64,000 nucleotides of DNA from Marinomonas sp. (GCF_965225885.1 NZ_OZ245329.1:2890449-2954448), one strand, 5' to 3'; shown: positions 19,115 through 30,385, counted from the first letter of the stretch. The notes: generated by a model from the letters alone, not told the origin. Numbers and translations: made by a program.

Positions 19115-20135
19115 TTTTATTCTCCTCATTTGTCGCAAATTCGACATCCCACTTCTGCTCACCTGTCATCATTGACCCAATCAATGATTCCAGCTTAGCG
19201 CCTTCAAACAATAATTTAGACAAACCTTCCGCTAGAGGCATATACAATCCATGTTTATGGGCTTCATCAACAACCATCTTTAAGGTATTAACGCCTTCCG
19301 CAACCTCACCTATTCCACCAATCGCTTCATCTAAATTATGTCCAGAACCAATCGCAAAACCAACACGATAATTTCGACTCAAAGGCGAAGTGCAAGTTGC
19401 GATTAAATCCCCCATTCCCGCCAAACCAAGAAATGTCATCGGGTTGGCGCCAAAATGCACAGCAAACCGACTCATCTCAGCCAAACTTCGTGTCATGATC
19501 ATCGACATGGTGTTTTCGCCAACATTTAGCGCTTTAGCAAGACCACATACAATCGCATAAATGTTTTTTAGTGCGCCGGCCAGTTCAACACCGGTACTGT
19601 CAATATTTTCATACACTCGAAAAGTAGGTGATTTCAACAGCTCAATAACTCGCTGGCGCACTTTGTCATCAGCACTGGCAATGACCGATCCAGTCATCTG
19701 TCCTGCCGCAATTTCTTTTGCCAAATTTGGGCCACTTAGCACGCCAATTTTTTGCGTCACAGGGTTTCGACGCAAAACATCACTCATAAGTTCAAATCGG
19801 TTTGGATTAAAACCTTTGGTGGTGCTAATTAAAATTTTATCCGCCGTCAATAATGGCTCAATGCGTTGCACAACCTGCTCGAACGATTTAGATGGAATGG
19901 AGACAAAAATCGTATCACTATCGCGTATTGCTTGCTCTAAATTGCTCGTCGCTAATAACTCTCGGTGCAACGGCGCATTAGGTAAATAACGGCTATTCAA
20001 GCCAGTCAAATTAATCTCTTCAACTTGCTCTTCATTACGCATCCATTGGCTAACTTGATGGCCATTTTTGGCCATAATATTCGCCAAGGCTGTACCAAAA
20101 CTACCACCACCTAATACACATACAGAATGCTTCAT
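19107..20135 (-). CDS. gpsA: NAD(P)H-dependent glycerol-3-phosphate dehydrogenase
   Basis: GGGSFGTALA Rossmann motif; 342 aa, collinear with GpsA. Confidence 0.95.
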   Translation of the reverse strand: MKHSVCVLGGGSFGTALANIMAKNGHQVSQWMRNEEQVEEINLTGLNSRYLPNAPLHRELLATSNLEQAIRDSDTIFVSIPSKSFEQVVQRIEPLLTADKILISTTKGFNPNRFELMSDVLRRNPVTQKIGVLSGPNLAKEIAAGQMTGSVIASADDKVRQRVIELLKSPTFRVYENIDSTGVELAGALKNIYAIVCGLAKALNVGENTMSMIMTRSLAEMSRFAVHFGANPMTFLGLAGMGDLIATCTSPLSRNYRVGFAIGSGHNLDEAIGGIGEVAEGVNTLKMVVDEAHKHGLYMPLAEGLSKLLFEGAKLESLIGSMMTGEQKWDVEFATNEENKNV

Positions 20136-20186
20136 AATGACTGTTTCTCTTTAAAAATATCGTCTAACTATATAAATTGAACAACT

Positions 20187-21608
20187 CTAAGACGAACAAC
20201 TAACCTCTAACGATTTGCCCCAATCAGGCGCTCTTTGCGCAAGAACGTCTGACTCTGGATGCTCATCAAAAGGATGAGTGAGCACGTTCAATAAGCGTCG
20301 AAAAGGTAAATAATCTCCGCGCTCTGCCGATTGAATCGCATCATGAGCCAAATAGTTTCTTAGTATAAATTTGGGATTTACAGCCAACATAGAAACACTA
20401 ATATCAGCCCATGTTAAATCACTTTTCATTCGCGCAAACTCATAGCGTTCAAGCCAATTTGACAGTTTTTCTCTATCAACAACCTCATCGAGCAAAAGCG
20501 AAAAATCACCTTGCTCAAAATGACTCAATAAACGGAAAAACACCGTGTAGTCCATTTTCTCTGCTGCTAATATTGCAAATAGCTCAGGCAATAACTCGTG
20601 TACATCTTCTATAAAACTTAAGCCCGTTTTACTCATCATCAGCGCATCATAGTGAGTCTGTAACTCTGGCTCGTAGCACTGCAAGATAGCAATAAGCCGA
20701 TCTCGTTCAAGATGCTTTGAAAAACATCGCATCAAGCAATTGAGATTCCACAAACCAACACCAGGTTGCCGAGAAAAAGCATACCGCCCTTCATGGTCAG
20801 AATGATTGCAAATCCAATCTGGCTCATAATCCTCCATAAAACCATAAGGACCATAATCGATCGTTTCCCCAGTGAAAGAAAAATTATCTGTGTTCATTAC
20901 GCCATGTTGAAAACCAATCGATTGCCATTTAGCAATCATTCTGGCAGTACGTTTGACCACTTTGATCAACATACTTTCTAGAGGTGATTCCGACTCTAAA
21001 CATTCTGGGTAATAATGTTTAAGGCAGTATTCGATCAGTTGATCCAGCTCTGCTTGTTTACCTTGATAGAAAAAGTATTCGAAGTGACCGAAGCGAATAT
21101 GACCTTGTGCCACTCTGAGCAGCATAGCACCAGCCTCTGGCGTTTCTCGATAAACCGCCTCTCGGCTATCATAGAGCGCTAAAGCACGTGAAGAAGGGAC
21201 TGACAGAGCCGCCATAACCTCACTCGCCAAATACTCACGAATACAAGAACGCAAAACAGCACGGCCATCGCCACGACGAGAATAAGGCGTCGGCCCAGCA
21301 CCTTTCATATGCAAATCATACAAAAGATCATCTTGACCACGAACTTCGCCCAATAACACACCACGACCATCACCCAATTGAGGTGAAAAACCTCCAAACT
21401 GGTGGCCTGCGTAGACCATGCTAAGACTAGAAGACAAAGCCTTTTCGCCACTTAAGACTTGTTTGGTTTCAGTAGATTTAATATCAATAGACAGAAAAGT
21501 AGCGAGCGATTGGTTAAATTCAACCAACCGCTGCTCTAGAAGTGGTTGGATAAGGGTTTTCGAAGAAAACGCCTCACCCAAACTTGCAAAATGGTGTTCT
21601 AAATTCAT
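20187..21608 (-). CDS. selO: Protein adenylyltransferase SelO (YdiU)
   Basis: 473 aa with LGDGR and MNTDN motifs typical of SelO pseudokinase-fold AMPylators. Confidence 0.9.
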   Translation of the reverse strand: MNLEHHFASLGEAFSSKTLIQPLLEQRLVEFNQSLATFLSIDIKSTETKQVLSGEKALSSSLSMVYAGHQFGGFSPQLGDGRGVLLGEVRGQDDLLYDLHMKGAGPTPYSRRGDGRAVLRSCIREYLASEVMAALSVPSSRALALYDSREAVYRETPEAGAMLLRVAQGHIRFGHFEYFFYQGKQAELDQLIEYCLKHYYPECLESESPLESMLIKVVKRTARMIAKWQSIGFQHGVMNTDNFSFTGETIDYGPYGFMEDYEPDWICNHSDHEGRYAFSRQPGVGLWNLNCLMRCFSKHLERDRLIAILQCYEPELQTHYDALMMSKTGLSFIEDVHELLPELFAILAAEKMDYTVFFRLLSHFEQGDFSLLLDEVVDREKLSNWLERYEFARMKSDLTWADISVSMLAVNPKFILRNYLAHDAIQSAERGDYLPFRRLLNVLTHPFDEHPESDVLAQRAPDWGKSLEVSCSS

Positions 21609-21636
21609 CTTATCTCACTTAAAAATTAAGCGATCT

Positions 21637-22995
21637 TTATAGAGATGTATCGACCATGTACTCACAGCGAATACTCTCACCGACGACTCTTTCGATTTCA
21701 GGAATCATGAAAGCATCATCTTCACTGGCAAAGCTTACTGATTTACCCGTTTCACCGCCTCGACCAGTACGGCCGATACGATGCACATAATCCTCAGGGC
21801 CTTCTGGCAACGAATAATTGACAACTAACTCTACGTTATCAACGTGAATACCACGCCCAGCAACATCTGTTGCCACAAGCACTTGAATGATACCTTCTTT
21901 GAAGTTCGCCAAGGTTTTTACACGTTTATCTTGCGCAACTTCGCCAGATAATATCGCACAATTAATATTGGCTTTGCGTAAACGCTCATAAAGATCGCGT
22001 GTTTCGTCACGACGGTTAGCGAAAATAATAGTCCGTTGACCGCCATTTTTTTCGATCAACTGCTGCAATACAGGCCATTTTTGGTCCGCTTCGACAGTAT
22101 AAATAACCTGATCAATATTTTGATTTGTTGCTTCTTTTGGAACAACAGACACTTCTTTCGGGAAATAAGTCCATTGCTGCGCCAATGCCTGAATATCTTT
22201 CGGGAAAGTCGCACTAAACAACATAGTTTGTCGTGTTTCTTTGTGTGGTGTCATACGAATAATGCTTTTTACATCAGGGATAAAGCCCATAGACAGCATG
22301 CGGTCAGCTTCATCTAGCACCAAGCACTCTACTTTACCCAATTGCACTTTACGACTGCGGGCAAAATCCAACAAACGGCCAGGCGTAGCGACTAAAATAT
22401 CAACATTTTCAGTTTCTAATGCGATCTTTTGTTTTTCATAGCTCAAACCACCAACCAAAGTCACGACATTCAAATGACAATTCCACGTAAGTTTGACCGC
22501 TTCATCGGCAATCTGTATCGCCAATTCACGAGTCGGTGCGATAATCAGGCCACGTGCAAAATTATTCGCTCTTTTTTCTTCAAGCGGGTAATCAAGAAAA
22601 TCACTGATCATTGCGATTAAAAAAGCAGCCGTTTTACCGGTCCCTGTTTGAGCTTGACCAATAATGTCATAACCCAACAAAGTCATTGGCAAGGTTTCAG
22701 CTTGGATTTCACTGCAATATTCAAACCCCATTTCTGCAATAGACTTAATGACGCGATCAGGAAGATTTAAATCATGGAAGCGCATCTTGCCTTCAACTTC
22801 AGCAACCGGAAAATCTTCTATGGACCAAATTTTAGAGTTTGCATTCCCTGCTGATGTTGTTTCACTACTTGTTTGTGCATTAGCTTGAACGCTTGCAGGG
22901 CTATCATCATTATTTCTTGGTCGCTTATTTGGGCGACGAGTACGTTTTGGTTTTGCTGTTGTTTCTGATCGTGCTTCTTGAGTTTGGTTTTCCAT
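21637..22995 (-). CDS. DEAD-box ATP-dependent RNA helicase (RhlB-like) with a basic N-terminal extension
   Basis: AQTGTGKT, DEAD, SAT and HRIGRTGR motifs. The first ~50 aa are basic and low-complexity. Confidence 0.9.
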   Translation of the reverse strand: MENQTQEARSETTAKPKRTRRPNKRPRNNDDSPASVQANAQTSSETTSAGNANSKIWSIEDFPVAEVEGKMRFHDLNLPDRVIKSIAEMGFEYCSEIQAETLPMTLLGYDIIGQAQTGTGKTAAFLIAMISDFLDYPLEEKRANNFARGLIIAPTRELAIQIADEAVKLTWNCHLNVVTLVGGLSYEKQKIALETENVDILVATPGRLLDFARSRKVQLGKVECLVLDEADRMLSMGFIPDVKSIIRMTPHKETRQTMLFSATFPKDIQALAQQWTYFPKEVSVVPKEATNQNIDQVIYTVEADQKWPVLQQLIEKNGGQRTIIFANRRDETRDLYERLRKANINCAILSGEVAQDKRVKTLANFKEGIIQVLVATDVAGRGIHVDNVELVVNYSLPEGPEDYVHRIGRTGRGGETGKSVSFASEDDAFMIPEIERVVGESIRCEYMVDTSL

Positions 22996-23099
22996 ATTGG
23001 AATCTTTACGCTTCTATTGTGTTTTGAGGTTAATAATCTGTGCAAGGAGTGTACCTAATTGGTAAAGCTTTATCACCCCTTGCTTACGCTTTGTTGAAC

Positions 23100-25226
23100 C
23101 TAGGGAAGGTACTTATAGGGCGGCAAACTGTTAATCAATTGCGATCCATATCGTTTGGTACGCAAGCGCTTGTCTAAAATGTGTATTTCACCTGAGTCTT
23201 TTTCACTTCTTAAGAGTCTTCCAGTTGCCTGCACTAAACGCAAAGAAGCATCCGGGATTGTTATTTCCATAAAGGGATTACCACCACGTTTTTGAATCCA
23301 TTCCGCCAGCGTGGCTTCGACAGGATCATCTGGAACAGCAAAAGGAATCTTGGCTATGTACACACAGGTTAAATAATCACCTGGCAAATCCACCCCTTCT
23401 GCAAAACTGGCTAAACCAAGTAACAAACTGCCTTTCCCTTCATCAATACGAGATTTATGTGAATCCAAAATAACGCGTTTAGATTGCTCGCCCTGCATTA
23501 AGAGTATTTCTTGCAAACCAGCAGACACAGACTGAGCCACTTCTTCCATCTGACGGCGAGACGAAAACAACACCAAACTGCCCTTTTCCGTATTCACATG
23601 CTTATCTAAATAGGTAACAATTTCTGCGGTATGTTGCTCTACTCTATTAGGTTCATTCTCCATATCTGGAACCACTAAAAGACCACTTTCTTGAAAATTA
23701 AACGGACTAATCACTCGTAGGTATTCACTCTCGCGTGGCACGCCAGATCGCATATTAAAACGATGAAATTGATTAAGCGCGGTTAACGTTGCGGACGTTA
23801 CTACCGCGCCGAAGCATTTATCCCACAACTGCTGCCTTAATGTGTTCGCAGCAAGAATCGGAGAACCACCGAGTTCAATATCTTGTTCCATGCCTTGACC
23901 AGATAAAACCAACCAACGTGCATTAGGCGGAAAGTTCTGATCGTCAACCGTAGAATATAAACGCCAAAGCCCAATGCATTGCTCTAAACGACCAAGAATG
24001 ACACCCAAAATAGGCTGCCAAGTTTCTGCTGTTTCCGGTGTTACACCCATCCCTTCATTTTGCTTCGTCTTTTTACATTCGTCTTGGATACTTTCAATGT
24101 TGTTGAATAATTTTTGATAAGACGTTTGTAAACTGTAAGCCAGCTGGCGCAACTCATCTGGAATTTGACCAAACTCAAAGCGGTGCTGATTATTTTCTTG
24201 ATCTAAACCCAATCCCTGAATATAAGGCGCTAAACCTTGCTGGGCATATTGGATAAAGTTCACGATACTTTGTATTTGCTGAGGGATTTTTAGTAATAGC
24301 TGTCCAGTCAGACTAACATCGTCAGTTAGCTCTTGCTTTAAGTTGACTAGATTTTTTTCTAGCTGACGCAACCAAGCAATACTTTGCTGCAAGCGAACTT
24401 CATGACGAAAGTGCCCTATCGCTTTATCAGGAAGATGATGACCCTCATCAAAAACATAGATGGTTTCTTTTGGAGGAGTAAGAATCGCGCCACCACCCAA
24501 TGACAAATCCGCCAATACCAAATCGTGATTGGCAACAATCACATCAGCCACTTCGATTTCAGCACGCGCTTTAAAAAACGGGCAGGCGGAATAATTCGCA
24601 CAATTACGGTTGGTGCATTGCTGATGATCTGTGGTTAAGCGTCGCCAGTCTTGATCTCGAACGATGCCCGCCCAGTTATCTTTATCGCCATCCCAGTCGC
24701 CTTTTTGCAAAGCGGCATCCATTTCTTGATAAAGGACAGTGTTCACATCATCAGAATGCAAGTGCTGCTCAAACAGGCCCGCAAACATATCATCCATAGC
24801 TTGTTCTTCTGAGCTAAGAAAGCCCTCAAGATTATTCAAGCACAAATAACGCCCCCGCCCTTTAGCAAGAGTGTACTTAAAAGTAAGATCGGTATGCTCG
24901 AGCAAGTCAGGCAATTCTTTATGTAGGATTTGTTCCTGAAGCGCGACCGTTGCCGTAGAGATAATTAATTTGAGGCCACGGGCTTTCGCAATAGGAATCG
25001 CCGCAAGGCAATAAGACAAGGTCTTACCTGTGCCTGTTCCGGCCTCAATCACGGCAACATGCTTTTCTTCAAGGCGTTCGCCTTCCGAGCCTTGTTTAAT
25101 GTTACCCAAGGTTCGAGCGATTGCACCAATCATCTGGCGCTGTCCAGCCCTTGGTTTATGGGACTTCGCATCCAAAGATGCTCGGTATGCAAGTTGAATC
25201 TGTTTTTTTAGTTCGTCTGAAAGCAT
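23100..25226 (-). CDS. dinG: ATP-dependent DNA helicase DinG
   Basis: GTGKT Walker A, DEGHH box, Fe-S Cys cluster (C..C..C..C around CTNRNCANYSACPFF). SOS boxes lie upstream. Confidence 0.9.
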   Translation of the reverse strand: MLSDELKKQIQLAYRASLDAKSHKPRAGQRQMIGAIARTLGNIKQGSEGERLEEKHVAVIEAGTGTGKTLSYCLAAIPIAKARGLKLIISTATVALQEQILHKELPDLLEHTDLTFKYTLAKGRGRYLCLNNLEGFLSSEEQAMDDMFAGLFEQHLHSDDVNTVLYQEMDAALQKGDWDGDKDNWAGIVRDQDWRRLTTDHQQCTNRNCANYSACPFFKARAEIEVADVIVANHDLVLADLSLGGGAILTPPKETIYVFDEGHHLPDKAIGHFRHEVRLQQSIAWLRQLEKNLVNLKQELTDDVSLTGQLLLKIPQQIQSIVNFIQYAQQGLAPYIQGLGLDQENNQHRFEFGQIPDELRQLAYSLQTSYQKLFNNIESIQDECKKTKQNEGMGVTPETAETWQPILGVILGRLEQCIGLWRLYSTVDDQNFPPNARWLVLSGQGMEQDIELGGSPILAANTLRQQLWDKCFGAVVTSATLTALNQFHRFNMRSGVPRESEYLRVISPFNFQESGLLVVPDMENEPNRVEQHTAEIVTYLDKHVNTEKGSLVLFSSRRQMEEVAQSVSAGLQEILLMQGEQSKRVILDSHKSRIDEGKGSLLLGLASFAEGVDLPGDYLTCVYIAKIPFAVPDDPVEATLAEWIQKRGGNPFMEITIPDASLRLVQATGRLLRSEKDSGEIHILDKRLRTKRYGSQLINSLPPYKYLP

Positions 25227-25253
25227 TTATATCATTGAGTATAGTTAGGAATG

Positions 25254-25269
25254 CTGTATATAATAACAG
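25254..25269. promoter_or_regulatory. LexA (SOS) box 1
   Basis: CTGTATATAATAACAG fits CTGT-N8-ACAG exactly. It contains a TATAAT hexamer (25259-25264) with a possible -35 ttgagt 18 bp upstream. Confidence 0.8.
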
Positions 25270-25272
25270 TAA

Positions 25273-25288
25273 CTGTATAAACAACCAG
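25273..25288. promoter_or_regulatory. LexA (SOS) box 2
   Basis: CTGTATAAACAACCAG fits CTGT-N8-CCAG, one deviation from consensus. Tandem boxes occur upstream of E. coli lexA too. Confidence 0.65.
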
Positions 25289-25295
25289 ATAACCT

Positions 25296-25919
25296 ATGAT
25301 TAAATTAACCAAAAGACAATCTGACGTACTAGAAACCATTCGCGAATTTATTGGTGAAACAGGTTTTCCACCGACCAGAGCAGAAATAGCACGCCGGCTT
25401 GGGTTTAAATCTCCTAACGCCGCCGAAGAGCATCTCAAAGCCCTATGTAAAAAAGGCGCAATAGAAATGCTGTCCGGCGCATCAAGGGGAATACGCTTAG
25501 TTGATCGTGCATCAAATGACGATCCTGCAGACGACCTTGGCTTACCTGTCATCGGCAAAGTCGCTGCAGGTTACCCTATTTTGGCTCAGGAGAACATTGC
25601 TTCTCATGTGAACATCCCAGCCAATATGTTTTCACCACAAGCCGATTACTTCTTGTCTGTCTCTGGGACCAGTATGAAAGACATCGGAATCATGGAGGGT
25701 GATTTATTAGCGGTTCATAAAACCACTACTGTGCGCAACGGCCAAATTGTCGTTGCTCGCATTGGTGATGAAGTAACGGTTAAACGCTTCGAACAAAAAG
25801 GCAGCATCGTTCGACTTATTCCAGAAAACGAAGAGTTCAATGACATCATTGTCGACCTTGAAAGCGAAGAGTTTGCCATTGAAGGCTTATCTGTTGGTGT
25901 AATTCGCCAAGGGCTTTAA
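25296..25919 (+). CDS. lexA: LexA repressor
   Basis: [26 protein letters not shown], Ala-Gly cleavage site (VAAGYP), and the Ser (SGTSM) / Lys (VKRF) catalytic dyad. Confidence 0.97.
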   Translation: MIKLTKRQSDVLETIREFIGETGFPPTRAEIARRLGFKSPNAAEEHLKALCKKGAIEMLSGASRGIRLVDRASNDDPADDLGLPVIGKVAAGYPILAQENIASHVNIPANMFSPQADYFLSVSGTSMKDIGIMEGDLLAVHKTTTVRNGQIVVARIGDEVTVKRFEQKGSIVRLIPENEEFNDIIVDLESEEFAIEGLSVGVIRQGL

Positions 25920-25954
25920 GTAACCGCTGCCACATAAAACAAACACTATTCCAA

Positions 25955-25986
25955 TAAAAAAGCGAAGCTTGTGCTTCGCTTTTTTA
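25955..25986. terminator. Bidirectional terminator after lexA
   Basis: Stem aagcgaagc / gcttcgctt flanked by an A-run and a T-run. Confidence 0.6.
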
Positions 25987-26028
25987 TTTCAGCCTATGCT
26001 GAACTCCATCGGTATCATCATAGCTGAT

Positions 26029-26295
26029 TTAGTGCAGAATCTTAGGACGAAACTCCTCATCATCAAGATACTCCGAGTCATCGTCAAAAAACGAATCATC
26101 CGAATAAACAAAATCAATGCCCGCATGAAACATGCATTTTGCTAATTCAAAATAACGATCCTTTAAATAAGATCGAGTGTCGTCTGAAATCTGCAGTGTC
26201 GCTAATGGAACGGTTTCCTCACCACCCTCACTGGCTGGACGCAGGACGATATCGCCGTTATCTAGCTCAACAATTTCTAGGTAGGATTCTTTCAT
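26029..26295 (-). CDS. Small acidic hypothetical protein
   Basis: The ATG at 26295 (MKESYLEIV...) lies 2 nt after the stop of the upstream ORF; the track instead uses a TTG at 26301. The C-terminal third is very acidic (DDSFFDDDSEYLDDEEF). Confidence 0.5.
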   Translation of the reverse strand: MKESYLEIVELDNGDIVLRPASEGGEETVPLATLQISDDTRSYLKDRYFELAKCMFHAGIDFVYSDDSFFDDDSEYLDDEEFRPKILH

Positions 26296-26297
26296 AT

Positions 26298-26768
26298 TCA
26301 ATACTCTGATGACTCTTCTCTAAAACGTAATACCAATTCAACCAACTTGGCCAAATAAAAACTTACAGACGCTCCTGCGTCACTTCCACGACCAATTAGG
26401 TTATCACTTTGAACAACTGATGACATAGAGGCGCGACACTCAAACTGAACTAAATAGGCCTGGTTCAATTGAAAACACCAAGAATCAGAGCGAGACAGTA
26501 AATCTGCCAACTCAGCTAAAACTGGAACGACGACTTGCTTGCTTTCTGACTCAGCTAATAATTTAGTAACATCAAGCGTCCCCGTTAAAGAGTAAGCTGA
26601 TGCCACCTCTTTCAACAGCCCATTAAGCGCGCTTCTTAACTGGAAAATAGCCGAGCTTTCCAGCCCGACTTTTAACCATGCTTCGTCACTATCTTGACTC
26701 TGCTTAATGAAGCGTCTTGCCGTATCCAGCTTTTGATTGGTTAGGCTAGCTAAACTAGCGCCACTCAT
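26298..26768 (-). CDS. Hypothetical protein overlapping the topA stop codon (possibly DUF6586-like)
   Basis: 156 aa, predicted helical. Its ATG overlaps the topA TGA (ATGA at 26765-26768). The family name is from memory and uncertain. Confidence 0.55.
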   Translation of the reverse strand: MSGASLASLTNQKLDTARRFIKQSQDSDEAWLKVGLESSAIFQLRSALNGLLKEVASAYSLTGTLDVTKLLAESESKQVVVPVLAELADLLSRSDSWCFQLNQAYLVQFECRASMSSVVQSDNLIGRGSDAGASVSFYLAKLVELVLRFREESSEY

Positions 26769-29392
26769 TTCTTCTTACCTTCCTCAATCACCCATTTAGA
26801 GCCAACATAAAATGCCTTCCAGCCAGTTGGTTTGCCCTCTTCTTCCGTCATGACATATTGCTCTTTCGTCTTACGGCTATAGCGGATGATTGCAGGACGA
26901 CCTTCAGAATCTTTTTTAGGCGCTTTTGCAAAAAAGTGATATTTAGGGTCTATTTGATCCATATATGGCAGTAACTCTTCAACCAAAGGTGCACGAGTTT
27001 CACGCTTACGCGGAAATTGGCTAGCTGCCAAGAATAAACCAGTTGCACCATCACGAAGAACATAGTGATCTTCTACTTTTTGGCAAGCAAGATCAGGCAT
27101 TGGTACGGGGTCCATTTTTGGTGGTGCCGCTTCGCCGCTCTTCAATAACTTACGAGTGTTTTTACACTCGTCGTTAGTGCAACCAAAGTACTTACCAAAA
27201 CGACCAGTTTTAAGCTGCATTTCTGATCCACACTTATCACATTCAAGCGTAGGACCATCGTAACCTTTGATTTTGAAAACACCAGTTTCTACTTCGTAAC
27301 CCGAACAAGCAGGATTATTACCACAAACATGCAGTTTGCGATGCTCATCCATTAAATAACTGTCCATGGCAGATCCGCAGATCTTACAACGATGCTTATT
27401 GATAAGCGCTTTAGATTCGCCCTCTTCGTCGTCTACCGCAATCGCTTCGTCACCACGTGTTAGGTTAATGGTTGCTTTACAACGCTCTTTTGGAGGCAAG
27501 GCATAACCAGAACAAGACATAAACACACCGGTGCTGGCGGTACGAATCTGCATTGGACGAGAACAAGTTGGACATTCGATATCTGTCGGGGTTGGCTCAT
27601 TCAGCATCATACCGCCATCAGGCGATTCTGCTTTCGCTAGCACCGAACTAAAATCTTTATAAAACGCATTAAGCGTTTTAATCCAATCTTTATTACCTTG
27701 AGCAATATCGTCTAGCTGCTCTTCCATTTGTGCCGTAAAGCTAAAATTCATCAAAGAATTAAAGCTATCAACCAAACGCTCAGTCACGATATCACCCATT
27801 TTCTCTGCATAGAAACGACGATTTTCAACACGCACATAACCACGATCTTGAATCGTAGAGATGATAGATGCGTAAGTTGATGGACGACCAATTCCACGTC
27901 TCTCAAGCTCTTTAACCAAACTTGCTTCGCTAAAGCGCGCAACAGGTTTGGTAAAGTGTTGCTCAGGCAATAACTCTTTAAGATCCAAATATTCACCCTG
28001 ACCTACGTCAGGCAAAATATTATCTTCACCTTTTTTAGCAACTGTCTGCATGGCACGAGTGTAACCATCGAAACGTAAAATACGACCTTTGGCTTTAAAC
28101 TCGTATTCACCTGTAGTGACAGTGATAGTCGTAGACGTGTATTCCGCTGGCGTCATTTGACACGCCATAAATTGACTGCGGATCAAGTCGTACAAGCGAT
28201 GCGCGTCTTTTTCCATGCCAAGCAAATCATCAACACGCACAGTCACATCGGAAGGTCGAATGGCTTCGTGCGCTTCTTGAGCACCTTCTTTACTGCTATA
28301 TCGAATAGGATCAGCTGGTAAATAAGCCTCACCAAAGTTGGAAAGAATATAACCTCTCAACGCCTCTACCGCATCAACACTTAAATTGGTCGAGTCAGTA
28401 CGCATATACGTTATGTAACCGCCTTCATACAAGCGCTGCGCTAACATCATGGTCTTCTTAACGCCGTAGCCTAAACGCGTACTTGCCGCTTGCTGTAACG
28501 TAGAAGTAATGAACGGCGCAGATGGTTTGCTGCTTGTTGGCTTGTCTTCTCGACTACTAACCAAGTATTTCGCATCATTTAAACGAGCAACATGCTCATC
28601 AGATTGCGCTTTGTTAACAGGTCGATATTCTTTGTCTTGGTATTTTGCAGCCTCGAATTTAATAACTTCTTTCGATGGCGTCGCAAGCATTGCATCCAAT
28701 TCCCAGAACTCATCAGGAATAAACGCACGAATCTCTTTTTCGCGCTCGACAATTAATCGCACAGCAACCGATTGAACTCGTCCCGCTGACAAGCCTCTAG
28801 CTACTTTTGACCAAAGCAAAGGTGACACCATAAAGCCAACTACTCGATCTAAGAAACGACGAGCTTGTTGAGCGTTAACGCGATCCATGTCTAATTCAGA
28901 TGGCGTTTCAAATGCCGCTTTGATGGCTTTTTTAGTGATTTCGTTAAATACCACGCGCTTATAGCGAGTATCGTCACCGCCAATGGCTTCACGAAGATGC
29001 CAAGCGATTGCCTCTCCCTCTCTATCCAAATCGGTTGCGAGATAGATGGTGTCAGCATTTTTCGCCAAACGCTTTAGTTCATCGACAACTTTTTCTTTGC
29101 CTGGCAGAATTTCATAGTGAGCTTTCCAGTTACTTTCTGGATCAACCCCCATTCTAGAAATTAACTGTTTACGCGCTTTGCTACTTTTATACTCAAGTTT
29201 TTCTTCCGGACTCATTTTACGTGTCAAAGCAGCTTGCTTCGCACGCTCTTGAGGCGTAGAGGTGGCAGTTGTACCTGAAGGCAGGTCACGTATGTGCCCG
29301 ACACTCGATTTGACGATAAAGTCGTTGCCCAGATATTTATTGATGGTTTTCGCCTTTGCCGGCGATTCCACGATAACCAGTGATTTTCCCAT
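26765..29392 (-). CDS. topA: DNA topoisomerase I
   Basis: 875 aa with a TOPRIM N-terminus ([13 protein letters not shown]), active-site Tyr region and multiple C-terminal Cys4 zinc ribbons. Confidence 0.97.
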   Translation of the reverse strand: MGKSLVIVESPAKAKTINKYLGNDFIVKSSVGHIRDLPSGTTATSTPQERAKQAALTRKMSPEEKLEYKSSKARKQLISRMGVDPESNWKAHYEILPGKEKVVDELKRLAKNADTIYLATDLDREGEAIAWHLREAIGGDDTRYKRVVFNEITKKAIKAAFETPSELDMDRVNAQQARRFLDRVVGFMVSPLLWSKVARGLSAGRVQSVAVRLIVEREKEIRAFIPDEFWELDAMLATPSKEVIKFEAAKYQDKEYRPVNKAQSDEHVARLNDAKYLVSSREDKPTSSKPSAPFITSTLQQAASTRLGYGVKKTMMLAQRLYEGGYITYMRTDSTNLSVDAVEALRGYILSNFGEAYLPADPIRYSSKEGAQEAHEAIRPSDVTVRVDDLLGMEKDAHRLYDLIRSQFMACQMTPAEYTSTTITVTTGEYEFKAKGRILRFDGYTRAMQTVAKKGEDNILPDVGQGEYLDLKELLPEQHFTKPVARFSEASLVKELERRGIGRPSTYASIISTIQDRGYVRVENRRFYAEKMGDIVTERLVDSFNSLMNFSFTAQMEEQLDDIAQGNKDWIKTLNAFYKDFSSVLAKAESPDGGMMLNEPTPTDIECPTCSRPMQIRTASTGVFMSCSGYALPPKERCKATINLTRGDEAIAVDDEEGESKALINKHRCKICGSAMDSYLMDEHRKLHVCGNNPACSGYEVETGVFKIKGYDGPTLECDKCGSEMQLKTGRFGKYFGCTNDECKNTRKLLKSGEAAPPKMDPVPMPDLACQKVEDHYVLRDGATGLFLAASQFPRKRETRAPLVEELLPYMDQIDPKYHFFAKAPKKDSEGRPAIIRYSRKTKEQYVMTEEEGKPTGWKAFYVGSKWVIEEGKKK

Positions 29393-29582
29393 TGAACTGT
29401 GTAAGCCTTTTAATAAAGTAGGTCTGCAAATCCACGTTGCACGAAGTTTAATCTCTAGGGGCGCTGATATTAAGCAAACACCTTTTATATGACAAGCGAT
29501 CCCTGTATTGTTTCACACATTAAATCTTGCTGAACTTAGTATTTCTTATTTAACATACTGAATTCGTTGCTTAAGGACAATC

Positions 29583-30335
29583 ATGGCTACCCTTCAAATA
29601 TTAACCATTGCTTTTTTGATCATCATTGTACTTTTGTCAGTGGTCATTGGATCACGCGCCCATCAAAAAGAAAAAGAAATTACTGAACGACGCGTAAAGC
29701 AATTGCAATTATCAAATAGAGCGGATCGTGTTGAACAACACATTCGCGGTTTAAAAGATATTAATACCGATACTATTGCCACCGATGTGCTTTACGATTT
29801 CTATCTAGACACACTTCGAGAGCTTCTGCAATATTCCGATGATCCTGAAAAGATTGAAGTACGCATAGCAACCGCTGAAGAAGGCAGAAACAACGACCCT
29901 ATTCCATTCAACCCAGAACCCGAACCTTTTAGCTTCCAAGAAAAAAGTAACTACAAAGAGCGCCTTACAAAATTAGCCAAAATGTTGCTTTATTTACGTC
30001 GTAAAGGCCGTATAAGCAACTCTCATTATCAAGCTTGTTATGAATATCTACGTTGGCTTAATTTATGGATTCAATTAAATCGCCAAATGGTTCAAGCAAA
30101 TAAAAACTTTGACAGCGGAGACATGCGCGTTGCACAAACGCTTTATAGTGTAATTTTGTCGCATATTAAATCAGATTCAATAGAGCGCCCAGAAAAAAAT
30201 ACATTAAAAACCTTTGTTACCGATAGGATGAAAGAAATCCTGTCACCGACTATTGCAGCTATGCAAGAAAGTGAAAATCCCGAAGATGCCTTAAGCGCAC
30301 TTCTTCAAAATTTAGAGCTACCTAAAAACTCTTAA
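29583..30335 (+). CDS. Hypothetical membrane-anchored protein
   Basis: 250 aa with a single N-terminal TM helix and a helical remainder. No motif recognised. Confidence 0.5.
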   Translation: MATLQILTIAFLIIIVLLSVVIGSRAHQKEKEITERRVKQLQLSNRADRVEQHIRGLKDINTDTIATDVLYDFYLDTLRELLQYSDDPEKIEVRIATAEEGRNNDPIPFNPEPEPFSFQEKSNYKERLTKLAKMLLYLRRKGRISNSHYQACYEYLRWLNLWIQLNRQMVQANKNFDSGDMRVAQTLYSVILSHIKSDSIERPEKNTLKTFVTDRMKEILSPTIAAMQESENPEDALSALLQNLELPKNS

Positions 30336-30356
30336 CGGCTAATTCTCATTTTACCG

Positions 30357-30385
30357 AGCGTCACGCTATGCAGTGACGCTTTTTA
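30357..30385 (+). terminator. Terminator of the 29583-30335 gene
   Basis: Stem agcgtcac / gtgacgct followed by ttttt. Overlaps the last codons of the convergent ORF. Confidence 0.55.

Noticed and set aside
23100-23110. Second occurrence of ctagggaaggt, the first 11 nt of the repeat-element terminus.
   Set aside because: It is the stop codon and last codons of dinG (..YKYLP*). The similarity ends after 11 nt with no partner repeat, so it is a coincidence.
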